A stretch of 63,952 bases of DNA, counting the filler, from Licmophora abbreviata (lineage: Eukaryota): NCBI GenBank assembly GCA_900291995.1. It is 8 parts of 8 records of this genome, joined end to end, with 100 filler letters (N's around TTAATTAATTAA, not from the genome) between each part and the next. Parts side by side here need not be neighbours in the genome. Positions count along the whole stretch, not along the records: positions 35,601 to 41,617 come from OLMU01002073.1; positions 41,718 to 45,509 come from OLMU01002074.1; positions 45,610 to 55,400 come from OLMU01002076.1; 5 more parts are not named here. The stretch is one strand, 5' to 3'. Of the stretch, positions 37,254 to 49,828 are shown in pieces; the stretch's first letter is position 1, and each line of letters opens with the position of its first letter. The translations under genes and the position numbers were made by a program. Under the pieces are notes generated by a model. That model made no database searches. It was not told the DNA's origin and saw only the letters and a list, made by a program, of their open reading frames with translations.

Positions 37254-38120
37254 CTATTTCGGATGCCCCTCGACGTCAATGAGGGCTTGATCCTCATCGT
37301 CGCAATCCCCCTGAGACACGGGCAGAAACTGGACGGGGTCTTGAAAGTACCAGATGATAAATAGACTTAGTGGGAGACTCGTGATTGTCAATAGGCCCTC
37401 CACGACGTATCCATTCCACGTTTGTAGTACATACAACGCGATGCCATCCAGTGCCGTGTGGTATAGTATTGCCGCACCGAGCCAGAGACTCCTTCCGTAT
37501 AACACTGACTGCCACACCAGTACTGAAGCACTCAAGTGGAAGAGTATTGCATAGACTCGCTCCAGTGGGCCTAGCAGGACCTCATACCACGGAGAATTCC
37601 AATATTTGACTATCGCCTCCTCCAGTTGTTCCATCTGATCGGCTGGAATACCAAGCTTACTGAGATGACCGTAGTGTTGCAGGACGCTCATCTGGATGAG
37701 CGCAATCAGCGAAAAGACTCCAAATATGATACTTTCTGATCCTCCATGCCCAGCTCCCAACATGATGGCTGATTTGAAGGTTCGCTGGTTTGGTTTCACG
37801 AAGTATCGATACATGACGAGCCGGGAGAACTCCTCAAAGATACCCGCCGACAGACCCAACAAAAGAGAGGCGACCGCTAGTTTCATACCCTGGTCTTGCG
37901 TTATATCAAGTCCCATATGTTCGAGGAGCGGTGACAGTACAAATACATTGAACGGAATGTGCAAGACCTGGGATGCTACAAATGTCCCCGCTCCAACTCG
38001 AAACCACTTCCAAGGCGATGGTACAAATTTCTGTTTGAGCCAGGCAGCAAAAAGAAGAGGCATTCCAATCATTAGGCTGCTAGCCACTACATGAAACAGC
38101 GTCTCCAAAACAAGCGACAT
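37254..38120 (-). CDS. YhfC/PrsW-like glutamic-type intramembrane metalloprotease
   Basis: AGIFEEFSR, GAGHGGSE, ERVYAILFH and AILYHTALD in a polytopic membrane protein; intronless. Confidence 0.8.
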   Translation of the reverse strand: MSLVLETLFHVVASSLMIGMPLLFAAWLKQKFVPSPWKWFRVGAGTFVASQVLHIPFNVFVLSPLLEHMGLDITQDQGMKLAVASLLLGLSAGIFEEFSRLVMYRYFVKPNQRTFKSAIMLGAGHGGSESIIFGVFSLIALIQMSVLQHYGHLSKLGIPADQMEQLEEAIVKYWNSPWYEVLLGPLERVYAILFHLSASVLVWQSVLYGRSLWLGAAILYHTALDGIALYVLQTWNGYVVEGLLTITSLPLSLFIIWYFQDPVQFLPVSQGDCDDEDQALIDVEGHPK

Positions 38121-38426
38121 GATGACGAGCGGCCGTGATTTCAAACGAAGAGAACTGAGTTGCTCTGGATGCGTCGACAAAAGGTGAACAGCTGTTCCCG
38201 GTTCATCATATGCAAATGTGCTTTCAAACGCGATGACACTAAGTGCCAAATTTCAATGTTCGTTCTCGTATCTTCTCACATTCGACTTGAATCGAATCAA
38301 TCGTGACTGGTTCTGAGCCGTCAGTGATTGGCGGGAAAGCCTGGCCGTCCTCCGGCCGTCAGCAAGTTTGCGCCGCCGCCTTGTCGTCCCGCCGTCCATT
38401 CGTTCCGAAACCATGGGGATTTCACC

Positions 38427-40220
38427 ATGACAACGAGCGGCAAGAGCGGTAGCACTTCGCCATCATCATTGCTGTTCCAAGATTTTCACAAGCGTAAAGA
38501 GCAGTGTCTAGGAAAGCGCGACAAGTCGTTTGCGGGGAGGATTGACGTTCGTGCGGTCGAAATTTGCAGTGTCATCAATGACAAGCAAGAGTTCTACACA
38601 ACGTCGAGCTGCAGTGGACGGGCATTCTTGTATCAGGGAAAGGGGATCAAAGCAAGAGACGGGACAGGCGGAGTCTTTCGGAGGTTTCGAATCGCGCACG
38701 ATGTCATAGCTGATCCTCCTAGATACTTTGATCTGAAGACATTCGAGTCAGATCCGACCGGTGGGGGCGACCCAATCCGGACGGTCGGGCAGTTTGAGCA
38801 TGCCGAGAAAGTACGAGAATTACAAAAAAGAGAGGGTGCACTGGCTGAGAAGCAGCCACTGGGCGATGTGAGATCAGATTCGGAGCCCATGGATGACGCC
38901 ACAATCGACGATGGTACTGCAGCCTCGAAGTCCTCTCCATCTGTGATTTGGTTGCGATACGAACCGTTTATTCTACACGTGTGCTGTCGATCCTTAACGG
39001 CAGCGTCGAAGCTCATGGCTGCTGCTCGACCGGCCTTTAAGAATGTCGGGTTGACGTCTTGGAATAGTGACAAGGCGTACTACTTGATCGCTATTTGGGG
39101 TGACGAGGGCCTTGACATGCCCCTGTGCAACCACAGCGGAGAGTCAGTGTTTGACTCATCCCAACGAGAGTGGCTTACTGAGCTCGTCAATGACCGACAC
39201 GAGCGAAATTGGAAGAAGATAGAACGTTTCGTAAAAGCCGTGCGAGAGATGGGTGATGTGGAAGACGAGGCCGACATGTGGTACTCTGATCAGGTCGGCT
39301 TGATGGGCGGATGCGATATCACCAGTAGTAGTAGAACAACGGTTCTTCGCAAGAGTTTTGATGCCATCGGAGACGTCGCTGTGCTTCATACCATGCCATC
39401 CGGAGACAACGAAGAGCGAACACGAGTTGGAGAAGCAATAATGAGAAAGAACAGAGCCTTGAAGGTTTGCGCGGTGCGAACGTCTGCTTTGGAAGGCACG
39501 GAACGTGCTGCCCAGATGACGGTCATCGCCGGATCGCAGCGGTCTCCCCTTGTCACGTCGCATAGCGAGTATGGGATTCGATGCGTCGTTGATCTCAACT
39601 CTACGTTCTTCAGCCCCAGAATGGGTCCGGAGCGACTTCGAATATGTCAACAGGTCGCGAGAGGAGAGAATGTGCTGGTCCTCTTTGCAGGCGTTGGTAT
39701 GGAAGCTTTGCAAATAGCTGGAAGGACAGAGGCGAGTTCTGTTGTTGCGATCGAACTCAATCCCGTGGCCGTGGAATGCGCTCGTCGGGGCCATCGTATG
39801 CTGGAACGCAACAAGGGAGTCAAATGCGTGGGTGCAGCCGATCGACTCCAGATCATAGAAGGGGACGTGCTCGATGTTCTACCGACCATGAAGAAAGGTT
39901 CGATCGATCGCATTCTCGCACCTAGGCCGAAAGAAGGCGCCTTGGATGGGGATCTGGGGATGGGAGATGGCGGGTCCCCCTTCCTAGACGCTCTGCTGCC
40001 GCTACTGAAGGAGGAAGGTGGCGAGTGCCACTGGTATGATTTTGCTGCCCAAACTGAGTTCCCATTGTGCGATCGATCGAGAGGAACGATCCTTCGAGCC
40101 TGCCGCAATCGCGGACTCAAGGCCCCCAAGGTCATCAATGCTATTCGCGCAGGTAGTGTCGCGAAGCGTCAACTGCGGGTATGCATTGATTTCAAACTAT
40201 GTGGACGGGACAATAGTTAG
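38427..40220 (+). CDS. Wybutosine-pathway fusion: N-terminal TYW3 methyltransferase plus C-terminal Met-10/Trm5/TYW2-family SAM-dependent domain
   Basis: DKSFAGRID..INDKQEFYTTSSCSGR and EPFILHVCCR (TYW3). SFDAIGDVAV, FFSPRMGPERLRI, VLVLFAGVG and AIELNP (Met-10 family). Confidence 0.85.
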   Translation: MTTSGKSGSTSPSSLLFQDFHKRKEQCLGKRDKSFAGRIDVRAVEICSVINDKQEFYTTSSCSGRAFLYQGKGIKARDGTGGVFRRFRIAHDVIADPPRYFDLKTFESDPTGGGDPIRTVGQFEHAEKVRELQKREGALAEKQPLGDVRSDSEPMDDATIDDGTAASKSSPSVIWLRYEPFILHVCCRSLTAASKLMAAARPAFKNVGLTSWNSDKAYYLIAIWGDEGLDMPLCNHSGESVFDSSQREWLTELVNDRHERNWKKIERFVKAVREMGDVEDEADMWYSDQVGLMGGCDITSSSRTTVLRKSFDAIGDVAVLHTMPSGDNEERTRVGEAIMRKNRALKVCAVRTSALEGTERAAQMTVIAGSQRSPLVTSHSEYGIRCVVDLNSTFFSPRMGPERLRICQQVARGENVLVLFAGVGMEALQIAGRTEASSVVAIELNPVAVECARRGHRMLERNKGVKCVGAADRLQIIEGDVLDVLPTMKKGSIDRILAPRPKEGALDGDLGMGDGGSPFLDALLPLLKEEGGECHWYDFAAQTEFPLCDRSRGTILRACRNRGLKAPKVINAIRAGSVAKRQLRVCIDFKLCGRDNS

Positions 40221-40348
40221 TGGCGCAGTGGACGGTGGTTAGTGTTACGCTTATACCGTTGGGCCGTGGACTCTATGCATTCTATCTAAGGCATCTCATT
40301 CGACGCGCAATAGTTCTGAAGCTAGCTAAGTAAAGTTCTGCCATAACT

Positions 40349-43300
40349 TCACTCCATTTCGAGTCTAGACAGCAATACGCGGGCATCAACGGCAATATCT
40401 TTCGTCACATTTCGCCGATTAGAATCATCTTCTTGCAAGTGCACACACCCAATTCCCTGGAGACGAGGATAAAGCCGCCAAATGAGAGACCGGCGGCACA
40501 CGAATCGTCGACAGAACCACCCATGAATGTTGCAACTGGAACGTACCATAGTTTCCATCTTAGAATGATCGAGAATGAGACCGATTGACATTATCTCGAG
40601 ATGCATGCGCTTATCGCCTCCCCCTGATGCGAGCGCGTGCAGTCCCATCCAGATTATACCGAGGAGCCTCTCCGCGCAGAAGCCGACGGAGGATCCAAAC
40701 CGGACCAAGTACTGTTTCTCGATTGGCTGCAATCCTTGCGCAGCGCTTCTCCTGGTTGAGGCGCCGGCATCGTGAGATGCATGGATTCTTCCGTGAGTAG
40801 CCTGAGTTCAAACGGTTGGGAGCACAATGTTGTGAGTACACGGAAAAGATACATCATGATCGAGGTCATTGAGAACTTACCCGGGCAACGTCAGTCAGGC
40901 GAAGAAGACCCCTGGCGAGCGACAGCCAATCCACTCGGAAGCGCGAAGGAGTTTTCAGTCTTAGGCAAACGAAGGTAAGACACGCAGTAAGGAGGCGCAG
41001 GCTAAAAATGGCGCACTCGTACTTATGATCTGTCCATCTTCCCGCGAGTCCGGTACCAGCCAATGCCCAGTGATTCAATGACGGTGGATCTGGAAGCTGT
41101 AGCGCATCCGGTCGGACCAGGTCTGTCGCTTCAAGAGCATCCCACCAACTTTCCTCGTCTGTGCCTTCCGAAGAAACGGAAACGATTTGTGACGGTTGGT
41201 CATGGACTTCCGTTGACTTTAGCGGGAACGGGATACCGCCCAGAAAGCGTCGAGGTAGAGGATTCTCAGAGAGATGGTAAGTAAGGCGGAGGATATTCTT
41301 TTCCCAAAGAGAAAACCTGTCATCGTTTGCCAAAACATGTAAGTCTTCACTTTCGCAAGCAAGCGCGAAGCATTCAATGCATTGTAGTAAAATATCGCCG
41401 TCTGTTGGGAACGATCGAAACAGTCGTGAAACCACAGGCGTATAGACAAGCAGACATTTCATTGTTTCATCCGCGATCAGCTTTTCCTGGCTCTCTGAGA
41501 TGTCTCGTGAAGCGATGAGTGTCGTCAACAAACAGACATGTGCAACAAAGAACACCGGCGTCCGAATAGAAACATCTTGATGCTGGTAGGCATTGCTCAC
41601 ACGACGTTCCTCTTTCGNNNNNNNNNNNNNNNNNNNNNNNNNNNNNNNNNNNNNNNNNNNNTTAATTAATTAANNNNNNNNNNNNNNNNNNNNNNNNNNN
41701 NNNNNNNNNNNNNNNNNAGCGGCAGAGTCCAGCAGAGCTGGCAGTACTCGAGCTCGAAGTAGCTGCAGCGACCCGCCACTACACAGCGCGAATTTCTGTA
41801 GAACGAAACACACTTCGACGTCCATCGAAGGAAGAAGCGAAACAAGAGACGCGAGCAAGCCTCTCTGACCAAGAAGGTGCAAGAGCTCACCGAGCGAAGA
41901 GTTCGTGGAAGCGTCGTCCTCTGCGTCCACAAAAACATCAAGAAGAATCGTGAAACAGAGCCGTGCCATTACAACAGACTGAGAATCAGATTCGGTCGGT
42001 GAAACTCTTGCTAATTCAGCCAAGGCCACCACGGCGGGAGCAACGCTCTGTCGCAGGTCCTCAAACGAGAAGATCCTATGTGTCGCCTTGACTATGACAC
42101 CAAGCGCAGTTCCCAGCAGGACGGTGCTGCTGTGATCTTTGCGCGAAGCGGTCACGGAGACTGCTTTGGAGAGCAGACTGGTGATCCTGATCAAGTTTCC
42201 CTCTGAACCAGATTGACGAGCGTCAAAAGAATCACGGACTACGCAGATTCGTTCGACAAGCAGAGAAGCTATCAAGCTCAGGCTGTACGATGTGGATGGG
42301 GATGATACCTTCTCATCGACAACTCGAAAGAGCACTTTCATAAGAATTTCGATCAGCATCTGAGCATCAAACGGAGGGGTGATGGGCGAACTTGCCGAGG
42401 CGCTATGCTCTTGCTGAAATGCAAGCGTATCCATGAGGAAGACAGAGGACTCGAAAAGCGTTTGTAGCGCTGCGCTCAAGTGAGACGACGCGCAATCCCA
42501 AGAGGCGCTTCTATTGAAAGCTCTCGCCCAAGTCAACACTGCTTTGAACTGCTCGGTAGAATTCGTTGTAGCCCACAGGCGCCGCAGTCTCGACTCGTCC
42601 ACAACGCTGTAACCATCGATGACCTCAGGTGCACCTCGCATCGGCTTTCTGGAACGCTGTACGACGCCCATAGCAACTTCAGACAAGCGATCTTCTTCAA
42701 ATCTGTTGACTGCGGTGGGGAGTACAGAAATAAGATTCAAGACAAGCGCATACTGTCGTGAAAAAAGAACGGCGAGAAGTTTCTGGCTGTAGCTCGATTC
42801 GTGCATTCCAACCTGGAAGAGGCCGTGTGTCTTGCGATGAGATGCAAGTAATTCATTCGCTACTCCCTTCAGTAGCCAAGCCACACCATGGAGAACGTTT
42901 TCCTGACCTGCTACGCCTTCGTTCTCGACCACAGAGGCAAGAGCGAAGCGCTCGCTTATCCCTGATGTACCAAGAAAGCGGAGCAAGCTCTGGGTCCAGA
43001 AATCGATCGACGCCAAACGCGACGCAACGTATTGAGAAGCGACGGACTCCTGCAGAGCCGAAAGACTGCTCAGACGACAAATGACTTCGAACCCCTTTGA
43101 AGCCAGCAGCGATGTACTTGGAGAAAGAAGAAATGACTCATCTGACAGAACTTCAAGCACAGCGTCCAGGCAATTGCGCACTGATCTTCCCTTGTGAACT
43201 GAAACATGGGATCCCAAGTGCAAGCTACCAGCGGATGTAAGCGGCAACCCCAAGAGGACTTGAGCCATGCCGACCTCAACGGACGGCGCATTTCGCATTG

Positions 43301-46300
43301 CTCCAAGCATCAGATCCAAAATAAGAACGGCTCGGTCCCGATTTGCACGGCACTCGGCGCGCACAGACGATACATACAGCCTCAATGCCACAGCTTGTGC
43401 GAATCGATCATTCGTGTCTCGTCCACACAAAGCGGAGAGGCTGTCACGTGCTGGAAGTGTCCGACAAATGTACCGAACAATCCCCAAGGCCGCACCAGCG
43501 ATAGTCGAATCCTGCTCTGGAGAAGCACCTTCATAGCGCAGGTACTGGGCAATCGACGGAAGGGCGCTAGCGAATGATACCAAAAGACTGCTTACTTTCG
43601 TAACCTGGACTTCCTTCTCTACAAGTGGAGGGACCTGTAAAGTCTTGGCAGCGAATCTCAGCACAGGGCTCTGGGCAAGCAGCGTTCCTCGACTAGAGAG
43701 TGCTTTAAGGAACGAATCCTCTCGCACTGCGGCAGCGCAGAGTAGCCGAAGGGCCACACTGATTGATTTCTCGCGCCAAAAGACACCGTCATTGACATCA
43801 TTTGTAATAAGGTCCATCGGCGGCGTCCATACAGAAAGCAAGGACTGCTTTGACATCGACGCAGATCTTTCTTGTGATGCGCGCGCGACTGCGAGCGAGG
43901 GTGGTGTAAAGCCAAAAAGTGCCTCAACAAGGCCTTGTTTGTACTGACTCAGTCCGAAGACTGCACGGATTCCACTATGGGCTCCACTGCCTGTAAGCAC
44001 TTCGGCTAGCGCCAAAAAGGACCCTCCTCGAGATGAGCTCAACAAATCCGCAAGCGCGGTGAAGCCGGGCGACTTTGCACGAGGAACGGACAGCTCGGTG
44101 TTTCGATTCGAATGGGTTCGCTGAACGACCTGGACCCCATCATTATCGGTTTCCGCCTTGCTGAGGTGCTCTGCGACCTTTGTGTCTCGGTAGTCAAGGA
44201 CATAATCTGCATTGTCTTTCTCGTCTGCGACACGCACCAACACTTCGGCTACGTCCGAAAGACCGATGAGCTCTGTTGCCTCCTCGAGAGCTAGCTTATG
44301 GTCCTTGAGATCTTTTGCTGAAGGGGGGACACACGCTGTAAAAGGAGGGACGGGATATCTTGACACTACTGACTCGACAACTTCGAGTGCGCGAGCCACC
44401 AGTCGACTCCTATCGCATGGCAGGCGGAAGGGAAACGAGGAAAAGGTTTCCGTCGGTCCCACAGCTCTGGGCAATACGCAGTAAAGCACATACTCAATGT
44501 ATGGCGAACATCCCGTCCGGACCCGAGTTTCCTTGCCAAGCCAAGATGGCGAGCCACCGGCAGAGAAAAGAGAGGAGAGAAGACACAAGAATCCCTCGGT
44601 AGATGGATAGGAGCCCAGTCTTGATTCGATATGTTCCATCTCAAAGATGATGCCATACTTGCTTTCAGCTGGCAGTCGAGAGCCACTCGCGCCATCTCCA
44701 ACCTGGTGGCAGACAAAATGAAAACTGAGATATTGATCGAACGAGCAGGAGTCAGAACACCCAGCGAAGCGATTACGTACCAGCGAGCTCGAGGATGGAG
44801 GAAACATCATGCTTTGAGCATCACGTGCACTGCTATCGGGGTACAGTTCGAACTGGTCCAAATGCGATATCGGAAGAAACCGACATGCCTCCACAAGCTC
44901 CCACGCCTTGACAGCCATTTTCTTGATATTATCTCTTTCGATCGCAGTGACGACACCATCCAAGCGGAGCAACGTAGCAATGGTCGCGAAGACAGCGCCT
45001 CGGACCGTGGGTGTCAATGGGGCCAAGGCCAACAAGACTAGAACCGTAAGGACTGGGTCTTCCCCTGCAACAGACGAGGCGTCGTCTGCAATTACTGTAA
45101 GCTTCATTGATACCAATAAGGACCTGGCGGACGGTAGATTGGCCGCGACAGAAGCAATCAAACCAAGATGAGACAGTAAAATGGCGTTGTTGACCTCACC
45201 CATTTCCTTTGGCCTGGCAGAGGTCAACGTAGAGGTCGATCGCGATCCTTCCTGTCGCCTCTCGTACCCAGTTGAGCCTTCCGTACCGTTGTCTTCAGCC
45301 CCGTAGTAGTACGCTGTCGATGCTTTCCCTTGGACCATAGCAGTGGTGGTGGCCGTCGACTCCTTCATGGTGGTCCCAGGTGCGCGGTAGTAGTCGCCTG
45401 GGCTCATCTCGCGGGTGTACCATCGGATGGCATTCATTAACGATATCCATGTGACTTGTTTGGTTGACGTAGACTCACGCAACAGAATTTCGTTAACGAC
45501 AGCAGCCCCNNNNNNNNNNNNNNNNNNNNNNNNNNNNNNNNNNNNNNNNNNNNTTAATTAATTAANNNNNNNNNNNNNNNNNNNNNNNNNNNNNNNNNNN
45601 NNNNNNNNNACCGTCAGTATGCGGAGGCAATAAAGCGTTACCCTAAGGAAAAAAGTGACGCAGATTGTAAGTTGCTTGTCAAAGTCGGGCAAGAGAGAAA
45701 TACGATACTTTCCACCTTAGACGACATACCTTTCCAAATTTGTTGAATAGACTCGTATTTCGATCAACAAGCTCCTGTCGAGCATCCAATGCGCATATGA
45801 CCGAAACAACGAGAACACTGACACACTGCAACAATTGAGGCTTTCCCCCCTTTTGCCAAAGCGCATTCACAAGCTCCGCCTTCCATTCCAGGGGATCTTT
45901 CTCGCTCATCGGCGGTGCTGCCGACGTGAAGGGACTCGCAGAGGGCATCGCTGGAATCGTGGTATCCTGGTGATTGGCGCTTGGGACGTCACAAAATGGA
46001 TCAAGCATGGGCAGACCAGACTTTTGGTCGGCACCATTACCATTCGTCAAGTCCTTCACCAAGTCAACGAGATCAGCGACTTCGTCGGGAGTAAATTGCG
46101 TGTGATACGCAAGGAAGAAGAGACATTCGGTGGCCATCTGGCGCTGCTGGTAGCAAAACGCCGAATGGACCCTCGCGAAAGTCGGCTTTGCCTTGGTGTC
46201 AAGGGTTGACGTTCGCCCTGCACCAAAGGCCGACTGAGTCGGCGTTGAGGCGTGAATTTCCTTTTCAAGCTGCTCTGCCATTTGCGTCCACTCCCGAATC

Positions 46301-47160
46301 AGAGTCACCAGGTTGGGAACCAATCCCGCTATCACGATCTGATTGCTGGCCGCTAGAAGCTGAAACCCGCCGGGGTCGGAAATAGCGCGAAGCCGCTGCT
46401 GTGCCATAAGAAGAACTGACTCTAAACACTGCCGACGCTCGAAAAAGAAGAGTTCGCGTGCCGCTGTAGGTGTGTCATGACCGAGCACCAAAGGACCAAT
46501 ATCCGTCGTCAAACTGGATTCAAGCATGACTGAATCTACATAGGATCGCTCCAGCTCACCCTCCAACATGGCAATCGTCTCGGGCTGCGCCGCACGTGCA
46601 TACAAGGCCATAGCATGGAGTTCACTTATACGAAGATCGTCGCTGACTCGCCATATTTCTTGCATAATGGCAGGTGTCATGGCCGCCGTGGCCCCATTCA
46701 GAACGACGTGTGGATCCGTCTGTAGTTTTTGTCGCAAGGCCATATCCGCCGTCGTCCACTGCAAGGTCGCCGGTTTAGCTAGAATGGATCCGACGATTGG
46801 ATTGCGAGTTTGATCGGTCGTCGAAGTCTGCAGAAATTCCATGAGCTCTTGACCTGCCAGAGTGCCTTCACGAGAACCGTCCATGGACTTGGGAAGCAGG
46901 TCGCGAAGTTTTGCCTTCATTTTCAAGAAAGGAAATACAGTATCATAGTCTGGTACAGTCACAGAAGTCTGCGACACTGTACTGAGTGGCGAAGCAGCGA
47001 CTGGGAAAGCATTGCCGCTGGCGGAGGGAGCAGCAGGAGCCCCCAAGCTTGGTGCCACTGTGAGCGCCGATGACGATGCTGGAGCGCCAGAAGAAAAGAG
47101 TCCGCCACTTGGCGCAGGCGCCGCCGCTGATTGTGCCCCGAATGTGAATCCACTAGCCAT
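40349..47160 (-). CDS. NUP205: Nucleoporin Nup205/Nup192-like, multi-exon, spans two gaps; 3' end approximate
   Basis: N-terminal GFTFG/GLFS, VSDDLRISELHAMALY, ELFFFERRQCLESV and EMEHIESRLGSYPSTEGFLCLL; about 2000 aa of helical solenoid. Confidence 0.7.
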
Positions 47161-47429
47161 TGGTGGATCAGTACAGGAAAGTTTCCAATCGAAATGCAGT
47201 CACACACTACCCTGCAAAGCTGCAACCGCCATCATTGTGCTGCTGATGCTGTTTTGTTGTGCCCGCAGAGATCGTGGCGCGATGGGATATTGGAGGCTTT
47301 TTGAGAGCGAGGACCTCGTGAAAGCGATGTTTTGACGCCACTTGCTTTCCAAAATTTCACAAGACGGAACTATGAATAAACCAAAGCATTGCTTCTAGCC
47401 TGCGTGTTTTGCTTAATAACAGAAGATTA

Positions 47430-49358
47430 TCACTTTCCAAACACTTTCAGAAACGACCCCGCACCACCGAGTCCTCCAACGACCCCGTAAACCAACGCGG
47501 CCGCAAGTACCGAAACCAAACCGGCCGTCGTCAGGTCGGCCCTTCGCATCACCTGTCGATACGTAAGATTCTTGTCTTGGACCAGCATGATGGATGACTT
47601 TGGGATAAGCCCACCACTGAACTTGTTCAAAACCATCCTCAATACTACATTCATCGTCCACAGAAACCGTCCAACCCGATCCTTCCGAAGTGGCTGCCGG
47701 TACTGATAGGGAGATCCGAATCGCGCCAGGCGAATCAACGAGCGCACCTCGGGCGCTCGCACCCGCTCGTATTCGCGCAGCGCGTCTCCCAGAGTCGGGA
47801 GGGGGGCAGTCGTGTTTTTGAATTTTCCGGTAATCATGTCCTTCCCCTGTAATGCTCGATCCAGTGCTTCGACATCCGCCAGTCCAGCATTGATGCCCTG
47901 TCCTATGTCCGGTGGGAACGCATGTATGGCATCGCCAACCAACGCGACTCCTACGTTTCCATCCGGCGACGATACTTGCAAACCGTCACAGTACTGACAT
48001 TTCGGAAAGGTGGTACCAGCAGCATCTGCAAAGCGATCCCACTCTTTCTGAGGGACAAGTTCGTCCAGTTTGAGGCGCGGAAAGGCACTAGTAAACCACT
48101 GCTTGGTGGCTTGTCCGTCCTTGAGCTTCCAAAGTTCATGGTTGGGACGCGCAATGACATTGGTAGGGCGAATCATCTTGGGGTCCTTCACAGGAAGCAG
48201 TCCCAAGCTAATATAGTTGAGCGGTCTTGTATTGATGGACCGTATCGCGTAAATGGTTTCGCTTTTGGTTTTGATCATGGAATTGTCGGCATCTGGAATG
48301 CTAAAGCCAGGAGGAAACTGCAGTACCTTCATGCGAAGTCCGGAGGCGGGAGACGTCCACTTGTGTACACGGAACTTCTTTGGAGTGACGGTCAACCAGT
48401 TCGTTTTCAAGGGCTTGGTGACATCGTCGGCAAGAAAGTCACGGACCTGGAATGAATCATTCGGCAACGAAACAAAGACCGTCTTGAGCATTTACACATG
48501 CAGGGCAGCAACGCGGTCACTTCAGATATAGATTGCACACATACGCACACCAGAATTCATGCCGTCGGCTCCCACAACAAGACTAGCCTTGTAGGTGCAC
48601 TTGAATCGCTTGTCGTCGTCTATCGTGTTCATGACAGTTACTTCCATCAATCCATCGCCCGTCGGTTGAACAGACTCAAACTTGTTTCCAGGAAGTATCT
48701 GAATCGTACCGATATTATCCGTTCGACTCCGTTCCTGTTCTTCGATCGCATCCTCCAGAAGTTCTACCATGACGTGCCTTGGTACCCAAAAGCTGCTTTC
48801 CGGGGCTCCGCCCTTGGCTTCTGGTTGACTTGAAACGTTGGACGGCTCCGGAAGTGCTTCCTCAGGATTTCCAGGTATAATGACAAAATTTCCCATTCCA
48901 CCGTCCACTGCAGAACCTCGTTCTTCCAATCGTCGTTGTACACCACTGAATCGCTGTGTCCATGTTTGACCACGAAGATTGACTAGGTACAGATAGGCTT
49001 TGGTGGGGTCGTACTGCTTGACACCAATCTCTCGTGAGGCTTGCTCCAGAACTATGACATTGTAAGAATGGGGTGGATTCGAAAGTGTCAATGCGGTCGC
49101 CAATCCAACAGGGCCTCCGCCGACCACAATGACTCGTTTTTCTGTTGCGTCAGCGTTGGATGAAGCAGACGAAAACAGTGCACCATCAGGTCTAACTCTT
49201 CTTCTACTACTACTTCCCGTGATCCCGCGATCGAACGGCGAAACCAGAAGATGGGTTGTTGCCGGACTCGGGCGAGGAATTTGAAGCGCTGAAGTCTCTC
49301 CAATGTTCCAGACTGAAAGTAGCAGCAGAACCTGCAAGCAGGAGCATATAGCTGGCAT
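47430..49358 (-). CDS. FAD-dependent monooxygenase (kynurenine 3-monooxygenase/UbiH-like) with an N-terminal targeting peptide; intron 48447-48548
   Basis: VVGGGPVGL, VVGADGMNSG|VR and LVGDAIHAFPPDIGQGINAGLAD; C-terminal hydrophobic tail. Confidence 0.85.
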
Positions 49359-49828
49359 CCTGGAGGACGTACAATCGCCACTGCGATGAGAATAGAGATT
49401 CGTTGTCACCATCGTCGTCGATGCATCGAGAAGATTTGATCTATCCTGAAATTTTCATGAGAGCGCCAGCAAATTCCAAATTCCTGATGTCTGTGAGTGA
49501 TGTTTCATCATCGTGCTCGTTCCGTTTCAACCTGTCTGTGTTCGGTCACCAATGACGACAGCACTGCTGATGATTGTCATGATGGTGATGTTGACGACGC
49601 CGTCCATGGCGTCAACGCGGCAATGACGGACGAGATTGTACCGTGGGTATAATAACGACGCACGGAGGCGACGGAGGGCGCTCATATGATACGGTGAAGC
49701 TCCTACGATGCTTACTCTAAAAGGATTGATTCATCCTGCAAAATAACTGCATGTACCACACCACGTACCACTACGGCACTGGGGAGGAGGGAGGAGTCAC
49801 ATGTCAAGCACTCCCACGAGTCCATACA

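Noticed and set aside
24638..40220. Functional cluster of RNA-processing genes (NOP14, REX4, TYW fusion, THADA nearby)
   Set aside because: They are interspersed with unrelated genes, these are common housekeeping categories, and nothing shows co-regulation.
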